Under the pieces are notes generated by a model that ran no database searches, was not told where the DNA came from, and saw only the letters and a list, made by a program, of their open reading frames with translations. 64,000 nucleotides of DNA, taken from an uncultured Rickettsiales bacterium. Lineage in GTDB: Bacteria > Pseudomonadota > Alphaproteobacteria > Rickettsiales > 21-14-0-20-44-7. The stretch lies in contig CAZJFC010000002.1 of the NCBI GenBank assembly GCA_964545245.1, positions 1,119 to 65,118 of the forward strand, in the 5' to 3' direction. The position numbers and the translations under genes were made by a program. Of this stretch, positions 8,793-18,554 are shown in pieces. Position 1 is the stretch's first letter; each line of letters begins with the position of its first letter.

Positions 8793-8995
8793 CGTAAGTC
8801 ATAAGTCGTATGTCGTAAGTGACCACCCCCCTTCCGTCCCCCCTGATAGGGGGGAGAATCGAGGTTCCCTCTCCTATGAGGAGAGGGTTGGGGTGAGGTG
8901 CCGGGAGAGTGGGAGTGACAGTGTCAGTGGGAGAAAAACTGACACTCACACTGCCACTACAGCGCCTCCCTTCCGTCCCCCCTGATAGGGGGAAG
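8793..8995. repeat. Composite palindromic element (largest copy)
   Basis: Arm is CGTAAGT CATAAGT CGTATGT CGTAAGT. It is followed by CCCCCCTGATAGGGGGG, CCCTCTCCTATGAGGAGAGGGTTGGGGTGAGGTG, the inverted GAGTGACAGTGTCAGTGGG/CTGACACTCACACTGCCACT pair, and a second CCCCCCTGATAGGGGG hairpin. Confidence 0.8.
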
Positions 8996-9020
8996 ACAAA
9001 ATGATGGTGGTTTAAATAAC

Positions 9021-9728
9021 TTATTCCGGCAGTTCTATGCGCTGTATCCGTTTCTGGAAAATCGCCGCCTTGATACGGAACGAAACCGCGACAAGGAAAA
9101 CGCAAGTCCATGCGAGGGACATCACCAGCAGCGGCCATAACATTGAGCTGTCAATGCTGGGGCCGTCAATGCGGAAAACGCTGGCGGGCTGGTGCAAGGT
9201 GTTCCACCATTCAACCGAATATTTGATTATCGGGATATTGATGATGCCGACAAGGGCAAGGACCGAAGCCGATTTCGCTTCGCGCTCCTCATTGTCGAAC
9301 GCACCGTCAAGAGCCATATAACCAAGATAAATGAAGAACAGGATAAGGACGGAGGTAAGGCGCGCATCCCAAGCCCACCATGTTCCCCACATCGGGTATC
9401 CCCAGATCGAACCGGTGATGAGGCACATCAGCGTGAAACATGCACCGAGCGGTGCGGCGGATTTTGCTATCAGGTAGCTTAACGGGTTGCGCCAGACAAG
9501 GTATCCGAAGCTGAACGCGGCGATGAAAGCATAAACGAAAAGCCCCATCCACGCCGAAGGGACATGGACGTACATGATGCGCACGGCTTCGCCTTGCTGG
9601 TAGTCGGAAGGGGACATGAAAAGCGCCATGATAACGCCGACAACCATGCTGATGCAGCCGGTAAGCAGCGCAACTGGGAACCCGACTGCGATGATTTTTT
9701 CCACGTTCCTGACCTTGAAAGTTTTCAT
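9021..9728 (-). CDS. ccmC: Heme exporter protein C (cytochrome c maturation)
   Basis: 235 aa with 6 TM segments. It has the WWD-type motif WGTWWAWDARLTS and conserved YVHVPSAW. Confidence 0.9.
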   Translation of the reverse strand: MKTFKVRNVEKIIAVGFPVALLTGCISMVVGVIMALFMSPSDYQQGEAVRIMYVHVPSAWMGLFVYAFIAAFSFGYLVWRNPLSYLIAKSAAPLGACFTLMCLITGSIWGYPMWGTWWAWDARLTSVLILFFIYLGYMALDGAFDNEEREAKSASVLALVGIINIPIIKYSVEWWNTLHQPASVFRIDGPSIDSSMLWPLLVMSLAWTCVFLVAVSFRIKAAIFQKRIQRIELPE

Positions 9729-9743
9729 TATTTTCCTTCCGGT

Positions 9744-10769
9744 TTATTCCTCAACCGTTACGCGGTTGCGGCCATTGGTTTTGGCAAAATATAGCGCTTT
9801 ATCCGCGCGTTCAATGATATTTTCAACGCTGTCGCGTATGGTATGCATGGCCGTTACGCCGACGGAGACGGTTATCTGGCCGAGGCTTTCGCCGGTATCC
9901 TTGCGTTTCAGCTCCCTGGTGGAGATGGCCTTGCGGATGGTTTCGGCTACAATCTCGCCACCTTTGAGCGGGGTTTCCGGCAGGATGATGGCAAACTCCT
10001 CGCCGCCGTAACGCGCAACCATATCGCGGCCTTTGATCACTTCCTTCATCGCCTGCGCGACGATTTTAAGCACCTGGTCGCCGAGCAAATGGCCGAATGA
10101 ATCGTTGAATTTCTTGAAATGGTCGACGTCAACCATCAGCAGGCAGAATTGCTTGCCTTCCTTACGCGAGATTTTCAGCGTTTCTTCAAGGCGCTCGTCA
10201 AACGCCTTGCGGTTGGAAATTCCGGTTAGCGCGTCCATGCTGGCCTGTGCCGAGGCATGTTCTAGATTGACTTTCAGGCTCTCAACCTCAAGTTTGGATT
10301 CAGAAAGTTTCTTCTGGAGGTTCTCGCCTTTCTGCTGAAGCTCAACGGTTTTGCTGACCAGTTTTGAGATAACTTTAGAAACATCGCTATTTTCAGCGGA
10401 TTCGAGGTCTTTGCTGAATTCGGCGAGGTCTTTGTTATAGCTTTGCGTATCACCGCTGGAGGATTCAATTGTTTTGAGCACATTGCTCATGATCTCCTTA
10501 ATCTTCGAGCCGGTCTCAACCACTATGCGCGAATCGGTTTCCTTCAGGATGTGGTTGGAATAGATATCGCGGCTGAGGTCATGCGTAAATTCTTTTTTCT
10601 CGCTGATGGTTTTATCAATCGTGTCCTTGAGCTTTTTATTGCCGCCGCGGACATATTCAAACCAGATGTAATAATTCTCCGGCAGCATGGAGACGTTATT
10701 CTCCTGCATCAGCTTAATCGCCGCATTGCTCCATGACTGGATGATCTTCTTTTCCGCTTCCGGGCCCAT
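9744..10769 (-). CDS. Diguanylate cyclase (GGDEF) with an N-terminal coiled-coil/sensor region
   Basis: DALTGISNRKAF, DVDHFKKFND and the active site RYGGEEFAIILPET. Confidence 0.85.
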   Translation of the reverse strand: MGPEAEKKIIQSWSNAAIKLMQENNVSMLPENYYIWFEYVRGGNKKLKDTIDKTISEKKEFTHDLSRDIYSNHILKETDSRIVVETGSKIKEIMSNVLKTIESSSGDTQSYNKDLAEFSKDLESAENSDVSKVISKLVSKTVELQQKGENLQKKLSESKLEVESLKVNLEHASAQASMDALTGISNRKAFDERLEETLKISRKEGKQFCLLMVDVDHFKKFNDSFGHLLGDQVLKIVAQAMKEVIKGRDMVARYGGEEFAIILPETPLKGGEIVAETIRKAISTRELKRKDTGESLGQITVSVGVTAMHTIRDSVENIIERADKALYFAKTNGRNRVTVEE

Positions 10770-10814
10770 GCGGCTTTTTTAACCTAAACCCCTTAAGTTT
10801 CAAGTGGGGGAATT

Positions 10815-10925
10815 GTTTTTTTGCCCCCGTGCGGCGCTACTGCGCCTCCGATGGGCTGTGCCTCCGGCACGCTCAAGGCTGGGCCGTTCTCCTGAACGGC
10901 TACTAGCCACAATCCACTAGTATGG
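10815..10925. repeat. Multi-hairpin repeat (family copy B, inverted relative to copy A) plus a short CTAGT-type arm
   Basis: The reverse complement reads GCCGTTCAGGAGAACGGCCCAGCCTTGAGCGTGCCGGAGGCACAGCCCATCGGAGGCGCAGTAGCGCCGCACGGGGGCAAAAAA. Confidence 0.8.
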
Positions 10926-10929
10926 GGTA

Positions 10930-11934
10930 TTACTTGATGAGATGGCCGGACTTTGTTGCCTTCACGCTCAGGTAGCGCTGGTTGTGTTCGTGCTTTATTA
11001 CCATTGGTACTAAACCAGTTACCTTGATGCCGTTCTTTTCCAGCGCTTTTGCTTTTTTCGGGTTGTTGGTGATGAGTTTGCCCTTTTTAATGCCGAGTTT
11101 TTTCAGCATTACCGCTGCCGGTTCAAACGCGCGTTCTTCATCGTCAAAGCCGAGGAATTCATTTGCTTCCACCGTGTCCAACCCTTCGGATTGGAGTTTG
11201 TAGGCGCGGAGCTTGTTTATAAGTCCGATGCCGCGTCCTTCCTGCATCAGGTAAAGGATGACGCCGCCGCCGTTTTTGTCCATCAATTTGATGGTTTCGC
11301 GTAGCTGGTCTCCGCAATCGCAGGAAAGGCTGCCCAGCAGATCACCCGTGTAGCATGATGAATGGATGCGGATCAGCGGTTCTTTGCCGATATCGCCGAT
11401 GATGATGGCAAGGTGCTCGGTGCTGCCGGCTTTGGGGCGGAAGGCTTTGATGCCGGCTTTTTTCGCATCGCGCAGGTTAAGTGGCGCAGAGGTGATCTCC
11501 TCAAGGCTGCCGTTCAGTTTTTCCTGATAGGTGAGGAGGGCGTTCGCCGTAGCTTTCAGCGCGGATTTAGCCGGGTTGTCGAACAATATCGCGCAGGGGA
11601 GGATTTGCGCCACGCGGGAAATTTCAACCGCGGCTTCGGCGGCTTTGGATTTGTCTTCGCGGTAGGATATTTTTTTGCCGGGGTTGCGGCCTTCGATGAA
11701 CAGATGGATAATCTCCGGCTTGTTGGCTTTAAGGCATATCGCAAGGTTGTGCTTCGGCAATTTGCCGGTCAGCGCATGGGCGCGGGAAGGGGTTATCACC
11801 AGCCGCGGGTTTTTGAGTTTTTTTATTAATTCAAGGTCGGTGAATTCCGGGTGCAGGAAACCGGTGCCGCCAATATTGATGGCGCGGCCGCAACGTAATT
11901 CGTGTATTGCCCTGTCAGTTTGAATGATGCTCAC
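10930..11934 (-). CDS. ribA: GTP cyclohydrolase II with an N-terminal extension
   Basis: IHSSCYTGDLLGSLSCDCGDQL (Zn Cys triad), ILYLMQEGRGIGLINKLRAYKLQ and DTVEANEFLGF. Confidence 0.85.
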   Translation of the reverse strand: MSIIQTDRAIHELRCGRAINIGGTGFLHPEFTDLELIKKLKNPRLVITPSRAHALTGKLPKHNLAICLKANKPEIIHLFIEGRNPGKKISYREDKSKAAEAAVEISRVAQILPCAILFDNPAKSALKATANALLTYQEKLNGSLEEITSAPLNLRDAKKAGIKAFRPKAGSTEHLAIIIGDIGKEPLIRIHSSCYTGDLLGSLSCDCGDQLRETIKLMDKNGGGVILYLMQEGRGIGLINKLRAYKLQSEGLDTVEANEFLGFDDEERAFEPAAVMLKKLGIKKGKLITNNPKKAKALEKNGIKVTGLVPMVIKHEHNQRYLSVKATKSGHLIK

Positions 11935-12583
11935 CTATCAGCCTTCCTAAATGTCCGTGGTCGTCGATGAAAAACACCTTGGCCGCGACTTCTTCGGGCA
12001 GGATGTTGTCGCCATAAAAAATCGGGGTGCAGTTGGCGTTGAGTGCGCATTCGACATCTGTCAGCGTGTCGCCGATGAACCATACTTCCGGGTTTGGGCT
12101 GATGCCGCTGCCTTCCAGCGCGAGCAAAAGCGGGGCTGGGTCCGGCTTATCTGCCGCGGCATCATTCGAGCCGACCAGCTTGCTGAAATATTTATCCCAG
12201 CCCATATGTTTTGCCTCAAGGCGCAAAGTCGGCCCCTGCTTGTTGCTGACCACCGCCGCGTAAATTGGTGATGCGGCAAGCAGTTCAAGCATTTCCAGCG
12301 CTTGTGGCAACGGATTGAGTGCGGTGAGGTGGTTTGATTTATAGGTAGTGGTATAAATCTCGCCCGCTTCTTCCCATCTGTCGCCGAACAGGGCAGGGAA
12401 GTGGTCGCGCATGGATTTCGCTACGCGGTTTTTGGTGGTGTCCAGATCCCACGGCTCAATGCCCATGCGGGTGAAGGTTTCGGTCAGCGCATGGTGGATT
12501 ACCGGCCATGTATCAACCAGCGTATTGTCCCAGTCAAACACCAGCGCGGAGGGTTTAGGCAGCTTCTTTTGCGTATTGTTCAT
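11915..12583 (-). CDS. HAD-superfamily hydrolase (phosphoglycolate phosphatase-like)
   Basis: Motif I LVFDWDNTLVDT, motif II VVSNK, motif IV WFIGDTLTDVECALNA. Confidence 0.7.
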   Translation of the reverse strand: MNNTQKKLPKPSALVFDWDNTLVDTWPVIHHALTETFTRMGIEPWDLDTTKNRVAKSMRDHFPALFGDRWEEAGEIYTTTYKSNHLTALNPLPQALEMLELLAASPIYAAVVSNKQGPTLRLEAKHMGWDKYFSKLVGSNDAAADKPDPAPLLLALEGSGISPNPEVWFIGDTLTDVECALNANCTPIFYGDNILPEEVAAKVFFIDDHGHLGRLIGEHHSN

Positions 12584-13403
12584 ATAATTCGTGTAGTTTT
12601 TTGCTTATCTCGCCCACTTTGCCGGAGCCTAGTTTCTTCCCGTCAATCTCTACAACCGGGATTGCGCCCATTGAGGTTGAGGTCATGAAAGCCTCGTCGG
12701 CCTTCAGTGCTTCATCAAGCGTGAATTTGCGTTCCTCGATTTTTATCTGCGAATCCCTTGCGAGGCGAAGGACGGTGGCGCGGGTGATGCCGCCAAGGAT
12801 GTTTTCGCCTTCCGGGTGGGTGATTATGGTTTTGTCTTTAACGATATAAACGTTGCTGGAGCTGGCTTCGGTAATGGTGCCGTCTTTCTCGACGAACCAT
12901 GCTTCCTTCACGCCGGCTTCAACCGATTTTTGTTTTGCTATAACATTCGGCAGTAACGAGATTGATTTTACATGCCGCCATGCCCAGCGGATTTCGGGGA
13001 AGGTAATTACCGCGGTGCCGTTGGTATATTCTGCTTCCGGCTGTTTCTTCCACGGCTTCACCGTAATCACAATGGAAGCTTTCACATCTTTCGGGAAGGG
13101 GTGGTAACGCTCAGATACGCCGCGGGTGATGCGTAAATAAAGCAAACCGTCTTCGATATTGTTCTGCTCAATTAGTCCTTCAATTGCCCTGGAAATATTC
13201 TCCATCGTATCCGGCGGGGTTATCTGCAACAGGGCAAGCGAGCGCTCAAGGCGCGCCATGTGTGGCGCATAGTCAATGAATTTGCGTCCCTGATAGGCAA
13301 TAACCTCATAAACACCGTCGGCAAAATCGGTTCCCCTGTCATCAATGTGGACAAAGGCCTTATCATGCGGAACGTAACTGCCATTTACATAAGAGATTCT
13401 CAT
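12555..13403 (-). CDS. Class IV aminotransferase (D-amino-acid / branched-chain type)
   Basis: 282 aa. RGTDFADGVYEV, YLRITRG, ITEASSSNVYIVKD and GITRATVL are fold-type IV PLP enzyme motifs. Confidence 0.75.
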   Translation of the reverse strand: MRISYVNGSYVPHDKAFVHIDDRGTDFADGVYEVIAYQGRKFIDYAPHMARLERSLALLQITPPDTMENISRAIEGLIEQNNIEDGLLYLRITRGVSERYHPFPKDVKASIVITVKPWKKQPEAEYTNGTAVITFPEIRWAWRHVKSISLLPNVIAKQKSVEAGVKEAWFVEKDGTITEASSSNVYIVKDKTIITHPEGENILGGITRATVLRLARDSQIKIEERKFTLDEALKADEAFMTSTSMGAIPVVEIDGKKLGSGKVGEISKKLHELYEQYAKEAA

Positions 13404-14895
13404 GCGCTATATATGGCCCATGGCCCGGAATATTACAACAGTGTTTTTAGCTGTAGCTGTTATCGTCGCTGCTGTGGCCCTAAACCTTAATACTGATCTT
13501 TACTGTGATCCCTCATGGCTGATAAGTGCCACCGGGCGCTGGCTTTCCGGCCAGAAGTTATATGTCGAGGTTATAGAAACCAACCCCCCGTTGATAATAT
13601 ATCTTACTGTTCCGCCCGTGTTGATAGCCCGATTCCTGGAAGTTGCCCCGGAGGCTGTATTTGTTATCTATGTCACCTTGCTGGGTATAGCTTCACTTAT
13701 CGCTGTAAGCCGGATTTACCCGGAAAAATGGTTCGTTATTTTTTCCGTATTGGTAATTTTCCTGTTTCCCGCCCAGCATTTCGGGCAACGGGAACATCTC
13801 GCGATCATATTATTTCTCCCTTACTTTGCCTCGCTGATGGCAGGGAAGAAAGCAAATATATTAACTGCCCTATTCGCCGGTATCGGGCTGGCTATCAAGC
13901 CATATCTTATATTTCTTGCTGTTGCCTGCGTTTTAGGCGATGTAATCACCACAAGGAATTTGCGTGCGGCATTCAGCCGGAATAATTTTATAATTTTTAC
14001 GGTCTTTGCGCTTTATACGGCGGCGGTGACTGTTTTTCATCCGGAATATTTCCGCGATGTTGTACCGCCCCTGCTGAAGTACTATGCTATTTACGGACAT
14101 GAATACAGCTATATATTAAAACGTATCTATATTATTCTTGGCGGGCTAACTGTCCCCTTATTGTCTTATATTGTTTTATGCTGGCGGAATAACTCACGCT
14201 ACGCAAGAGAGAGCATATATACGACCTTGCTGATATTAGCTGCCACCTTTACGGTCCTGGTACAGGCTAAAGGATGGGTAAACCATTTCTATGTGATGGT
14301 TGTTTTTGGATGTTATCTGTGTGTTTTCCTTATTGGCGAGGTCTTCCGCTCACGTAAAAAATTATTACAAAATATTATATATAATTGGGCGGTTGCCTTA
14401 TTGGTAATACAAATCGCTCTTGCGGTGCAATTTAACTACGAAAGGGTCAATTCCTATAATGAAAAAGAACAGCGGGAAATAGCATCGGTCCTGACGCAAT
14501 ATGCTGCCGGAAAATATGTTTATCCTGTTACATTCGGACTTTGTGAGATTTATCCTGCATTTAGCCATTCCCAAGCTGTTTCGGCTTCGCGCTATGCTCA
14601 TTTATTCGTACAACCGGGAATTTATTTTGTAGAAGGGACAGCTGGCATAACACTGAAGCATAATCCGCGCGATAAAAGAAATGCCGATGAGCAAAAAAGT
14701 ATTGACCATATACTTGAAGACCTGCGACACCATGAACCGGAATTATTGCTGGTATCCGAACACCTGTTCAGGAACAAATATAAGTTCGATTTTATAGAAT
14801 ATCTTTCCATCGAACCTGAATTCGTTAAAATATTCAACCAGTATATCATGATTAAAAAAGTCGGTAACATGACAATATACCAGCGGAAAAAATGA
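13402..14895 (+). CDS. Polytopic membrane protein, putative GT-C-type glycosyltransferase (paralogue 1 of tandem pair)
   Basis: 497 aa with about 11 TM segments. An acidic first loop (KLYVEVIETNPPL) is followed by FGQREHL and a soluble C-terminal domain of about 130 aa. It is a paralogue of the next ORF. Confidence 0.4.
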   Translation: MRYIWPMARNITTVFLAVAVIVAAVALNLNTDLYCDPSWLISATGRWLSGQKLYVEVIETNPPLIIYLTVPPVLIARFLEVAPEAVFVIYVTLLGIASLIAVSRIYPEKWFVIFSVLVIFLFPAQHFGQREHLAIILFLPYFASLMAGKKANILTALFAGIGLAIKPYLIFLAVACVLGDVITTRNLRAAFSRNNFIIFTVFALYTAAVTVFHPEYFRDVVPPLLKYYAIYGHEYSYILKRIYIILGGLTVPLLSYIVLCWRNNSRYARESIYTTLLILAATFTVLVQAKGWVNHFYVMVVFGCYLCVFLIGEVFRSRKKLLQNIIYNWAVALLVIQIALAVQFNYERVNSYNEKEQREIASVLTQYAAGKYVYPVTFGLCEIYPAFSHSQAVSASRYAHLFVQPGIYFVEGTAGITLKHNPRDKRNADEQKSIDHILEDLRHHEPELLLVSEHLFRNKYKFDFIEYLSIEPEFVKIFNQYIMIKKVGNMTIYQRKK

Positions 14896-16385
14896 GATCA
14901 GGGGCTAATATCGCACTGACAGCAGCAGGGGCATTGATTATGGCCCTGATTGCGGTCGCTAATATTAAAGGTTATTTAAACCCCGATTCCGCATGGTTGT
15001 TAAGTGCGGCGGAACGCTGGCTTTCCGGTGAGAAACTCTACGAGGAAGTGATTGAAAGCAACCCGCCGCTGGTGGTGTATATTTCTGCCTTACCGGTGCT
15101 GCTCGCGCAATATCTTGATGTTTCGCCGGTTGAGGGGTTTGTTTATTTCGTTACCGCGCTGGCGCTGGTTTCGTTTGCTGCATGTTGCCATATCACAAAA
15201 GACAATTGGCTAAGGTTCTGGGTGTTCCTGTCGTTTTTCATTATACCTGCGGTGAATTTCGGCCAGAGGGAGCATTTGTTCCTGATATTTTTCATTCCGT
15301 ATTTCCTGAATTTTGTTGAAGGGAAAAAGCAAGGTTTCCTTGTTCCGGCAGTGGCGGCGCTGGGAATAGCGCTGAAACCGTATTTCATAATTTTCTGGGC
15401 GGTGCTGGTTATAACGAAAACAATAACCACACGGAAATGGAAAACAATTTTTGAGCCGGGGAATTTCATTATCGGACTGCTATTGGTGGCATATGCCTCG
15501 TATGTATTATTTTTTGAACAGGATTATATAGCCAGAATCCTGCCCTGGATGTTGAGGTATTACGGGGCGTTTGCGCTTCCGTTAGCCGATGTGCTGGATG
15601 AATTGACAGTTTCACTCGTTGCCTTCATTCCGGCGGCAATTGTTTATATTGTGGCATGCGTAAAGGAAAAATCATGGCCATCCGCCGGGTTTTTTTACTC
15701 TATCTCCGCAATGGCCGCCGCATTCGTGGTTGCCATGATACAGCTTAAGGGCTGGCCAAACCATGTATATCCGCTGGTCTGTTTCGGGGCTATGCTCATT
15801 ATTGTTATATTCAGCCATTGCTGGAAAAAACGTAAGGAATTATGGAACGCTACCGCTGCATGGCTGTCCGGGGTTTTTCTGGCCGGGCTTATAGCTACCG
15901 CAGTTTATGGTAATTATAGTGTTTATACGCGGGAAAAGGCTGAAGACCTCACAGAAATTATACAGGTGATGGATTATTATGCGGCAGGGAATTATGTCTA
16001 TATTGCCAGTTTTAACCTTCCCGACTCGTATCCGGCATTACTTTATTCGCAGGCAAAGTCTTCATCACGTTACGCGCATTTCTGGATGCTGCCGGGGATA
16101 TATCTGGATAAAATCAAGGATGGTGGAGAAATTGAATACAACCAGCCGGGGGAAAGAAGCGATGACGAAACCCTTGTTATCGCGCAGATCCTGGGGGATA
16201 TTTCCTATAAACCGCCAATGCTTATCATTGTGACAAACCGTGAATTTGTAAACAGGGAAGGGAAAAAGTTCCGGTTTGATTTTATAAATTATCTTTCGCA
16301 GGAGCCGGAGTTTGTAAGGTTGTTCGCAAATTATGAGCGGATTAAAAAAATCGGCAACCAAGAGATTTATTTGTATAAAAACTAA
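14892..16385 (+). CDS. Polytopic membrane protein, putative GT-C-type glycosyltransferase (paralogue 2)
   Basis: Also exactly 497 aa, with an ATGA start/stop overlap onto paralogue 1. Shared blocks are RWLSG.KLY.EVIE.NPPL, FGQREHL, A.KPY, SRYAH and FDFI.YLS.EPEFV. Confidence 0.4.
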   Translation: MRSGANIALTAAGALIMALIAVANIKGYLNPDSAWLLSAAERWLSGEKLYEEVIESNPPLVVYISALPVLLAQYLDVSPVEGFVYFVTALALVSFAACCHITKDNWLRFWVFLSFFIIPAVNFGQREHLFLIFFIPYFLNFVEGKKQGFLVPAVAALGIALKPYFIIFWAVLVITKTITTRKWKTIFEPGNFIIGLLLVAYASYVLFFEQDYIARILPWMLRYYGAFALPLADVLDELTVSLVAFIPAAIVYIVACVKEKSWPSAGFFYSISAMAAAFVVAMIQLKGWPNHVYPLVCFGAMLIIVIFSHCWKKRKELWNATAAWLSGVFLAGLIATAVYGNYSVYTREKAEDLTEIIQVMDYYAAGNYVYIASFNLPDSYPALLYSQAKSSSRYAHFWMLPGIYLDKIKDGGEIEYNQPGERSDDETLVIAQILGDISYKPPMLIIVTNREFVNREGKKFRFDFINYLSQEPEFVRLFANYERIKKIGNQEIYLYKN

Positions 16386-16407
16386 TTTGCCTATATAAAA
16401 CCTTCCT

Positions 16408-17247
16408 ATGGAAAATCTGACAGAAAATTTCGGTTTCATCGCCAAGGGTGGTGTCCTGATGTATCCGCTTGTGTTGCTTTCACTTTATACAGCCACTGTG
16501 GTTATCATGAAAATAATCCAGTTCCGCAGGCTGAAACCGCTGAAAACAGATTATATCGACGGGGCGGTGAACCTTATTAAATCCGGTAATGTTGACCGCG
16601 CAGCCGAGCTTATCCGCCTCCAGCGCGGCCCCGTTGCCCGCGTGGCCGAGGCAACGATAACCCTGACCCGTGATGATACGCTCTCACGCATATTGAAAGA
16701 ATCGGAAATCGAGCGCATCGGCGCAAAAGAAGTAAGGGAGCTTGAAACGCATCTGCGCGGGCTTGAAATGACTTCAAACATCGCGCCGCTGATGGGGCTG
16801 CTGGGAACGGTTATCGGTATGGTGCGCGCCTTCGCCAAAATCGCCGAAAATAGCGCAAGGGTTGACCCTTCAATGCTTGCAGGGGGAATCTGGGAAGCGC
16901 TGATAACTACGGTTGCCGGGCTGGTTGTAGCCATTCCCGCGCTGGCGGCTTATTATATCATTGACGGGCATATAGAAAAAATCCGCAACGCGATGAAAGA
17001 TGCCGCAGTCCGGCTGCTTGTCCTTGAAGGTAGTATCAGGCAAAGGCCACACGCTAACGAGGCTGCGCCTGTAATCCCGGCGGCAGCCATTCAGGCAGCA
17101 GAGTTCCAGAACGTGCAGACAGTTGTTTATGATTCAGGGGAAGTTGCTGAAAATACGGAATTTGATGGTCAGGGACAGGTTCATGAGGAAGATGATGATC
17201 CCGAAGGGGATGACATTGCTGCACATACGGAAAAAGAGCCTGCCTGA
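16408..17247 (+). CDS. MotA/TolQ/ExbB-family proton channel protein with an acidic C-terminal tail
   Basis: Three TM segments, the signature APLMGLLGTVIGMVRAF, and the tail EEDDDPEGDD. No exbD/tolR/tonB gene follows. Confidence 0.7.
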   Translation: MENLTENFGFIAKGGVLMYPLVLLSLYTATVVIMKIIQFRRLKPLKTDYIDGAVNLIKSGNVDRAAELIRLQRGPVARVAEATITLTRDDTLSRILKESEIERIGAKEVRELETHLRGLEMTSNIAPLMGLLGTVIGMVRAFAKIAENSARVDPSMLAGGIWEALITTVAGLVVAIPALAAYYIIDGHIEKIRNAMKDAAVRLLVLEGSIRQRPHANEAAPVIPAAAIQAAEFQNVQTVVYDSGEVAENTEFDGQGQVHEEDDDPEGDDIAAHTEKEPA

Positions 17248-17334
17248 CAGAAAACTACACAAAACCACTGGACTTGACTTCACCTTATTATCTTTCTATA
17301 AGCGCAGGCAAGAGAGTTGATTGAAGGAGGCTAT

Positions 17335-17676
17335 ATGGCATATGTTGTTACGGAACAATGCATTAAGTGCAAATATAAGGACTGCGTGGAAGTCTGCCCG
17401 GTAGATTGCTTCTATGAAGGCGAGAACATGCTGGTCATCCATCCTGATGAGTGCATCGATTGCGGCGTTTGCGAACCGGAATGCCCGGCGGAAGCCATTC
17501 AGCCTGAAAGTGAGGACAACCTGAAATTCCTTGAGCTTGCGCGCGAGTATGCGACGCAATGGCCGAATATCACCTCCAAAGGTGAACATGCGCCTGACTC
17601 TGATTCATTCAAGGGTGAAGAAGGTAAATTCGAGAAATATTTCAGCCCGAACCCTGGTACAGACCACTCGTCATAG
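17335..17676 (+). CDS. fdxA: 7Fe ferredoxin (FdxA type)
   Basis: [29 protein letters not shown]...[12 protein letters not shown]. The SD GAAGGAGG lies 5 nt upstream of the ATG at 17335. The ORF-track TTG at 17317 is rejected. Confidence 0.9.
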   Translation: MAYVVTEQCIKCKYKDCVEVCPVDCFYEGENMLVIHPDECIDCGVCEPECPAEAIQPESEDNLKFLELAREYATQWPNITSKGEHAPDSDSFKGEEGKFEKYFSPNPGTDHSS

Positions 17677-17749
17677 ATTACTTTTTTTGCCCTTTGAGTT
17701 TCCTAACCCTCGAATCAGGTCAAAGTAAGCGCATCATCGTGAGCGATTA

Positions 17750-18469
17750 TTATTTATCCTCAGGGGAGAAATCGTGCCTGTAGTCAATATCAACGCCCGG
17801 AACGTCCGGTACGGTTGAGTTCATTTCCTCAACTGCCTTGCCGAACATGTGGTGCAGGTTATCCATGCTGAGTTCAGCGCCGTTAATGACGGCTACTATG
17901 AGGAAGTATATGGCACCGTAATAAAATGCCAGCACCAGCATTGAGACTATTATGCTGATGAAGGCAAGCGCCCCGTCATTCTCAAGCAGGGCAAGCGCCA
18001 TAAAGCAAATGCAAAGCGAAGGGATCATATTAAGGCCCGGAAGCGGGGGTACCACCAGAAGGTTCAGTAATATTATCAGCACCGCAATGAATTTTTCTCC
18101 CCGGTTCGAGGTAATGGCGGTAAAGCGCGGGCGGATGAATTTTTCAAGGAACCGCATGGTCGGCAGGATTTTTTTCAGCGCCTTGTCGACAATATTCTCA
18201 CTGAACCCGACATTGGCGATTCGCCGCGGTATCCATATCTGGTGCTGGCCAAGGAGCATCTGGATGGCAAGCGTGAATACCGGGATTGAAAAAACCAGTG
18301 AAGCTCCCGGTATGAATGCGGTAATCAGGGAGAAAATAACTATAACAATACCAAAGGCGCGGTCCGAAAGGCGGCTGACAAACTCCTGTATCGTGACTGT
18401 TTCGGAGCTTGGTTCAAGCGCGATAATGTCTTCAATAATCTCTGAGGTTCTTCTGGTTTGGTCGGTCAT
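17750..18469 (-). CDS. exoD: ExoD-family exopolysaccharide synthesis membrane protein
   Basis: 239 aa. RLSDRAFGIVIVIFSLITAFIPGAS...IWIPRRI, with 4-5 TM segments typical of ExoD. Confidence 0.6.
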   Translation of the reverse strand: MTDQTRRTSEIIEDIIALEPSSETVTIQEFVSRLSDRAFGIVIVIFSLITAFIPGASLVFSIPVFTLAIQMLLGQHQIWIPRRIANVGFSENIVDKALKKILPTMRFLEKFIRPRFTAITSNRGEKFIAVLIILLNLLVVPPLPGLNMIPSLCICFMALALLENDGALAFISIIVSMLVLAFYYGAIYFLIVAVINGAELSMDNLHHMFGKAVEEMNSTVPDVPGVDIDYRHDFSPEDK

Positions 18470-18554
18470 TCGTGAATCGGATTATGGTTTGCCGGAAAAA
18501 CATAAATATCCTGTCCCATTAAAGCAACCCTCAAATAACAGGTCAGGAAGTTTT

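Noticed and set aside
1946-9000. Possibility that the repeated G/C-rich hairpins form a CRISPR array.
   Set aside because: The copies are scattered between different genes. They lack a constant repeat length and regular spacer spacing, they are themselves palindromic composites, and no cas genes are present.
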